This document shows, piece after piece, positions 59,619 to 64,000 of a DNA stretch of 64,000 nt (position 1 is its first letter; each line of letters starts with the position of its first letter). The notes under the pieces were generated by a model, which saw nothing but the letters and a program-made list of their open reading frames with translations, ran no database searches and was not told the origin of the DNA. Location: contig CAWAGQ010000010.1 in assembly GCA_963781585.1 (NCBI GenBank), positions 272,604 through 336,603 on the forward strand. The letters are read 5' to 3'. A program made the position numbers and the translations under genes. The DNA comes from an uncultured Gemmatimonadaceae bacterium. Its GTDB lineage: Bacteria > Gemmatimonadota > Gemmatimonadetes > Gemmatimonadales > Gemmatimonadaceae.

Positions 59619-61436
59619 TCATCGCATGAGCATCGGACCTTCGGACCGTGCGGAGGGTGCGGCGCGGTCGCCGGCCGCCTGGATCCGCTGCGCCGCCGTT
59701 TCCGCGAGGTCGCGCAACTGCGTGCGCCGATCGTCGGCGATGCTGCTGAACCACGACCGCGCCGCTGCGTACGATGAGAGCAGCACGGCCGGCCAGAGCA
59801 TCAGGGCGAGGACTCCGTTCTCGAGGAGTCCGAGACATACGACCGACGCCACACCGCCGAGCAGCCAGCCGCCACCGCCGACCACACGGCGGTACAGTGA
59901 TCGCGACACGGCGCTCAGATCCTCCTCGATGTGGATCGCGGTTTGCCCGTTGCGCGCCGTGATGGCCACCTGGACCCTGCGGTCGCCACTGCAGCTCCAC
60001 CCGAGGGTCCGCCCCACCGTGGTCACCTGACCCACCGCTCCGATACGCCGCCGCACGAGCTCGAGCAGCACGTCCCAGTCCTCCTGAGGCATCTCCGCGG
60101 CAACGGTGGCATCGAAGACGATCCGGGTCGGAGAGCGAAACAGCGGATCGGCGAGGCGTCGCCGTTCCTGCACGATCGATTCAGCGGTGTCGGTGGAGGG
60201 GACGCTCGGCGGTGCATGGCGAATCGGCCGTCGGGGGTCGGAGCCTGCGGCCGGCACCGGGAGTACCGCTGGACGAACGTCGCGCGGGGACGCTGCTCCG
60301 GCGCCCGTGGAAAACGCGAGCCCGTGCTCCGCCAGCGCGCGCTCCACGAACTCCGTCTCGATCCCGGCCTCGAGCGCGGCATCGCGGACGTCTCCCAGGC
60401 GGTAGCCGGACGACGCCGACACGGCCTCGGAGCGACTGCGCACGCGCGGTGCGCGCACCGCCTGTCGGGCACCGGTAAGGGCCTGGAGCTCGGCGGCGCG
60501 CTGCCAGAGGCGCTGCGCCTCGACCTCGGAGACGACCGCGGGGACTTCCCGGACGGCGACCAGGCCGGCGTCGGCGCCGAGACCGGCCTGGACGTACTCG
60601 ATGGTGGCGGCGAGTTCCGCGGCAGACTGGAAGCGGGCGTCGGGGTTCTTCGTTAGGCAGCGGTCGACGATGGCGGCAACGGGGGCGGGCGCGAGGGGCG
60701 CGACATCGCGAAATCGGGGTGGGGGTGTGTTGACGTGGGCGACCAGGATGGCCGAAGGCGTTCCGCTGTCGAACGGGAACGCGCCGGTCATGGCGAAATA
60801 GGCGGTGACCCCGAGCGAGTAGAGGTCGCTGCGTCCGTCGAGGGTCGCGCCGGACACCTGCTCCGGGCTCATGTAGTGGACGCTGCCCAGCACCTGGCCG
60901 GTGGCGGTGAGCGGAGCGGCTTCGGTGAAGCGCGCGATACCGAAATCCGTCATCAGCGCGCGGCGCGTGCTGGCGTCGAGCAGAATGTTCTCCGCCTTCA
61001 CGTCGCGATGCACCACGCCGTGGTCGTGCGCGTACGCCAGGGCGTGCGAGACGTCGCGCATGACGCCGAGCGCCTCGCCGACGGGGAGCGGGCCGCGCCC
61101 TCGCACCCGCTCGGCCAGCGACTCCCCATCCACGAAACCCATCGCGAAGAACACGTGGCCGTCCAGCTCGTCGGCGCGAAAGATCGGGACGATGTTGGGA
61201 TGCGAGAGCGAAGCGGCGGTCCGTGCTTCGTGCAGGAATCGCGCACGGATGCCGGGGTCGCCGGCGAGCTGGGACGGGAGGGTCTTGATGGCGACGTGCC
61301 GGTCGAGCATGAGCTCGTGGGCCAGAAACACCACTCCCATCCCGCCACGTCCCAGTTCGCGGATGATCTCGTACTGTCCCGCCAGGGCGCGCGCGAAGGT
61401 GTCCGACCACTCGGCTGGGTTGTTCATGAGAGGCAT
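59619..61436 (-). CDS. Hanks-type Ser/Thr protein kinase, paralog of the adjacent kinase
   Basis: Same motifs and C-terminal architecture; start inferred (61436 or 61427). Confidence 0.92.
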   Translation of the reverse strand: MPLMNNPAEWSDTFARALAGQYEIIRELGRGGMGVVFLAHELMLDRHVAIKTLPSQLAGDPGIRARFLHEARTAASLSHPNIVPIFRADELDGHVFFAMGFVDGESLAERVRGRGPLPVGEALGVMRDVSHALAYAHDHGVVHRDVKAENILLDASTRRALMTDFGIARFTEAAPLTATGQVLGSVHYMSPEQVSGATLDGRSDLYSLGVTAYFAMTGAFPFDSGTPSAILVAHVNTPPPRFRDVAPLAPAPVAAIVDRCLTKNPDARFQSAAELAATIEYVQAGLGADAGLVAVREVPAVVSEVEAQRLWQRAAELQALTGARQAVRAPRVRSRSEAVSASSGYRLGDVRDAALEAGIETEFVERALAEHGLAFSTGAGAASPRDVRPAVLPVPAAGSDPRRPIRHAPPSVPSTDTAESIVQERRRLADPLFRSPTRIVFDATVAAEMPQEDWDVLLELVRRRIGAVGQVTTVGRTLGWSCSGDRRVQVAITARNGQTAIHIEEDLSAVSRSLYRRVVGGGGWLLGGVASVVCLGLLENGVLALMLWPAVLLSSYAAARSWFSSIADDRRTQLRDLAETAAQRIQAAGDRAAPSARSEGPMLMR

Positions 61437-61634
61437 GTCCGAGGCCGCGCCCACCCTGCCGGGCGTGCCGACATTTTCACACGATCGGCGCCGTGGGGCA
61501 GCCGAAAGAGGGAGCGGCCGGGAATCCGCTGGGGCCGCGCGACTCCGATCCGGCGCATTAGATTCGAAGAGACGACCGCCCGGGGCGCGTTGCCCGCGCG
61601 GATCTCCCCGCTCACCGTCCACTGCCTGACGCCC

Positions 61635-62759
61635 ATGGCTACGCTCTCCGCTCCGGCCCCGTCCGCGGCCCACGACACCTTCCCGATCAACGGGACCGAC
61701 TACATCGAATTCTACGTCGGGAACGCGAAACAGGCCGCCCATTTCTATCGCGGGGCCTTCGGATTCCGGCTGGTGGCGTATCGCGGACCCGAAACCGGGG
61801 TCCGTGACTCGGCCAGCTATCTGCTCGAGCAGAACAAGCTCCGGTTCGTGTTCACGTCGTCGTTAGGACCGGACGGCGAGATCGCGCGGCACGTGCAGAC
61901 GCACGGCGACGGCGTGCGCGATATCGCGTTCTGGGTGGACGACGCCCAGGACGCCTTCCGCAAGGCCGTCGAGCGTGGGGCCACGGCGGCCCGCCAGCCG
62001 GCGGTGCTCCATGACGACGCGGGCGACGTCGTGATCGCCGCCATCCGGACCTACGGCGACACGATCCATTCGATCGTCGAGCGACGGAACTACGCCGGAC
62101 GCTTCATGCCGGGGTTCGTCGACGTCACCTCGCCGTACGTCCCCCAGGGTACCGGCCTGCAGTACGTCGATCACTGCGTGGGCAACGTGGAACTGGGGAA
62201 GATGAACGAGTGGGTGGGGTTCTACGAGCGGGTGCTGGGTTTCTACAACCTCCTCTCGTTCGACGACAAGGACATCTCCACCGAGTACTCCGCCCTGATG
62301 TCGAAGGTCATGTCGAACGGGAACGGGCGGATCAAGTTCCCCATCAACGAGCCGGCCCACGGCAAGAAGAAATCGCAGATCGACGAGTATCTCGACTTCT
62401 ATCGGGGGCCGGGTGTGCAGCACATTGCGCTCGCCACGAATGACATCGTCGATACCGTTACCGCGCTCCGCAATCGCGGGGTCGAATTCCTGAAGGTGCC
62501 GTCGTCGTACTACGACACCGTCCTGAATCGGGTGGGGAAGATCGACGAGGACCTGGGCCCGCTCAGCGACCTGGGTGTCCTGGTGGACCGGGACGACGAG
62601 GGATACCTGCTTCAGATCTTCTCCAAGCCGGTGCAGGACCGGCCCACGCTCTTCTACGAGATCATCCAGCGGAAGGGCGCCAAGAGCTTCGGGAAGGGAA
62701 ACTTCAGGGCGCTGTTCGAAGCCATCGAGCGCGAGCAGGCCCGGCGCGGCAACCTGTGA
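61635..62759 (+). CDS. hppD: 4-hydroxyphenylpyruvate dioxygenase
   Basis: DHCVGN, KFPINEP, SQIDEY, GVQHIAL, LLQIF, EIIQR and FGKGNF motifs. Confidence 0.95.
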   Translation: MATLSAPAPSAAHDTFPINGTDYIEFYVGNAKQAAHFYRGAFGFRLVAYRGPETGVRDSASYLLEQNKLRFVFTSSLGPDGEIARHVQTHGDGVRDIAFWVDDAQDAFRKAVERGATAARQPAVLHDDAGDVVIAAIRTYGDTIHSIVERRNYAGRFMPGFVDVTSPYVPQGTGLQYVDHCVGNVELGKMNEWVGFYERVLGFYNLLSFDDKDISTEYSALMSKVMSNGNGRIKFPINEPAHGKKKSQIDEYLDFYRGPGVQHIALATNDIVDTVTALRNRGVEFLKVPSSYYDTVLNRVGKIDEDLGPLSDLGVLVDRDDEGYLLQIFSKPVQDRPTLFYEIIQRKGAKSFGKGNFRALFEAIEREQARRGNL

Positions 62760-62778
62760 CGCGGCCGCACCGCGGGTG

Positions 62779-62811
62779 CTCCGGTCTCCCGACTCCGGTC
62801 TCCGACTTCCA
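62779..62811. repeat. Short degenerate 7-bp repeat (CTCCGGT/CTCCCGA)
   Basis: ctccggt ctcccga ctccggt ctccgac, between hppD and hmgA. Confidence 0.55.
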
Positions 62812-62817
62812 CCAGTC

Positions 62818-64000
62818 ATGCCCATCTATCACACGTTAGGCACGGTTCCTCCCAAACGCCACACGGTGTTCCGAAAGCCCGACGGCGGCCTGTACGCCGA
62901 GGAGCTGATGGGGCACGAGGGGTTCGTCGGCACCTCGTCACTCCTCTACCACACGTATCCGCCCACGACGGTCAAGTCCGCCAGGCGCATCCGCGAGATT
63001 GCGTGGGAAGCTGACGATGATACCTCGCTCCGGCACCGCCACTTTCTCACCGCACGCGTGCACAAGGGCGGCAGCCCCACCCTCGATCGCGTTCCGATCC
63101 TGTTCAACGCCGATGTCGCCATGCTCTACGCCGTGCCCGACCAGGTCGACACCCATTTCTACCGGAACTCGCAGGCCGACGAAGTCGTGTATGTGGTGGA
63201 GGGGCAGGGGGTCCTGGAGAGTGCGTATGGCGACCTGTCCTACCAGCCCGGCGACTATGTCATCGTGCATCGCAACATCACCCACCGCTGGCGTCTGGAC
63301 CTGACCACCGGCCCCACCAGGTTCCTGATCTTCGAGAGCCGCGGGCACGTCCGCTGGCCCAAGCGCTACCACAACGAGTTCGGCCAACTGCTCGAAGGCG
63401 CCCCCTATTCCGAGCGCGACATCCGGCGCCCAACCCAACTGCGAACCCACGACGAGCGGGGCGACTTCCGCATTCTGGTCAAGCAGTACAACGCCTTCAA
63501 CGAGCTGATCCTCGACCACCATCCGTTCGACGTGGTTGGGTGGGACGGATATTTCTATCCGTGGATCTTCAACATCCACGACTTCGAGCCGATCGTGGGC
63601 CGCGTGCACCAGCCTCCACCGGTGCATCAGACCTTCCAGGGCGACGGTTTCGTGATCTGCTCGTTCTGCCCGCGCCCGTTCGACTTCGACCCGAACGCCG
63701 TGCCGGCGCCGTACAACCACAGCAACGTCGACTCGGACGAGGTCCTCTTCTACGCCTCCAGCGAGTTCATGAGCCGGAAGGGAATCGAGTACGGGTCCAT
63801 CACGCATCACCCGGACGGGTTGCCGCACGGACCGCACCCCGGGCGCTATGAAGCCAGTGTGGGGCAGCGGGAGACGAAGGAACTGGCGGTGATGATGGAC
63901 TCGTTCCGGCCGCTCCACGTGGCGAAGACGGCCATGCCCATCGAGGATCCGAACTACCACAAGAGCTGGATCGAGACGCAGCACGAGCAGTTCAACCCGC
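62818..64000 (+). CDS. hmgA: Homogentisate 1,2-dioxygenase, 3'-partial (missing from the ORF track)
   Basis: Own translation: MPIYHTLGTVPPKRHTVF..EELMGHEGF..HPFDVVGWDG..HQPPPVHQTF..PYNHSNVDSDE..HGPHPG; open to the window end. Confidence 0.93.
   Translation, partial: MPIYHTLGTVPPKRHTVFRKPDGGLYAEELMGHEGFVGTSSLLYHTYPPTTVKSARRIREIAWEADDDTSLRHRHFLTARVHKGGSPTLDRVPILFNADVAMLYAVPDQVDTHFYRNSQADEVVYVVEGQGVLESAYGDLSYQPGDYVIVHRNITHRWRLDLTTGPTRFLIFESRGHVRWPKRYHNEFGQLLEGAPYSERDIRRPTQLRTHDERGDFRILVKQYNAFNELILDHHPFDVVGWDGYFYPWIFNIHDFEPIVGRVHQPPPVHQTFQGDGFVICSFCPRPFDFDPNAVPAPYNHSNVDSDEVLFYASSEFMSRKGIEYGSITHHPDGLPHGPHPGRYEASVGQRETKELAVMMDSFRPLHVAKTAMPIEDPNYHKSWIETQHEQFNP

Noticed and set aside
60735..61634. 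N-terminal extension of HppD (674-aa ORF)
   Set aside because: Antisense to the kinase gene; HppD homology begins at ATG 61635.
54600..62759. Hydroxymandelate synthase plus oxidase (HmaS/Hmo) hydroxyphenylglycine pathway
   Set aside because: The dioxygenase is directly followed by hmgA, and no NRPS or aminotransferase is present, favouring catabolic HppD.
62938..63984. 348-aa minus-strand ORF
   Set aside because: Antisense to hmgA, which the track omits because it lacks a stop inside the window.

Overview
High-GC bacterial window. The gene repertoire (6-bladed beta-propellers, DUF1592/DUF1552 cluster, Gly/Arg-rich exported peptidases, fused ccoNO, tandem Ser/Thr kinases) suggests a Gemmatimonadota-like organism; this is inference. 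Most of 8-64 kb is ordinary: exported hydrolases and peptidases, a complete cbb3 oxidase cluster, OmpA, thrBC and a tyrosine catabolism region (hppD, hmgA, acetoacetate-CoA ligase). The standout is a small accessory locus at about 3.2-7.4 kb, next to an IS256 remnant. It holds three paralogous 71-aa signal-peptide-bearing precursors that share a 10-Cys framework (C-x3-C-x6-CC-x6/7/8-CC-x6-CC-x6-C-x4-C) with granulin-like spacing and a length-variable loop. They are interleaved with a membrane-anchored DsbA-family oxidoreductase, preceded by a frameshifted receiver-like/AraC regulator and followed by an exported beta-propeller. This is a candidate undescribed system for secreted disulfide-rich peptides. 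Window-wide patterns include a recurrent GCCTAACG/CGTTAGGC octamer and degenerate 7-bp intergenic repeats. All family calls come from motif recognition only; no searches were run.
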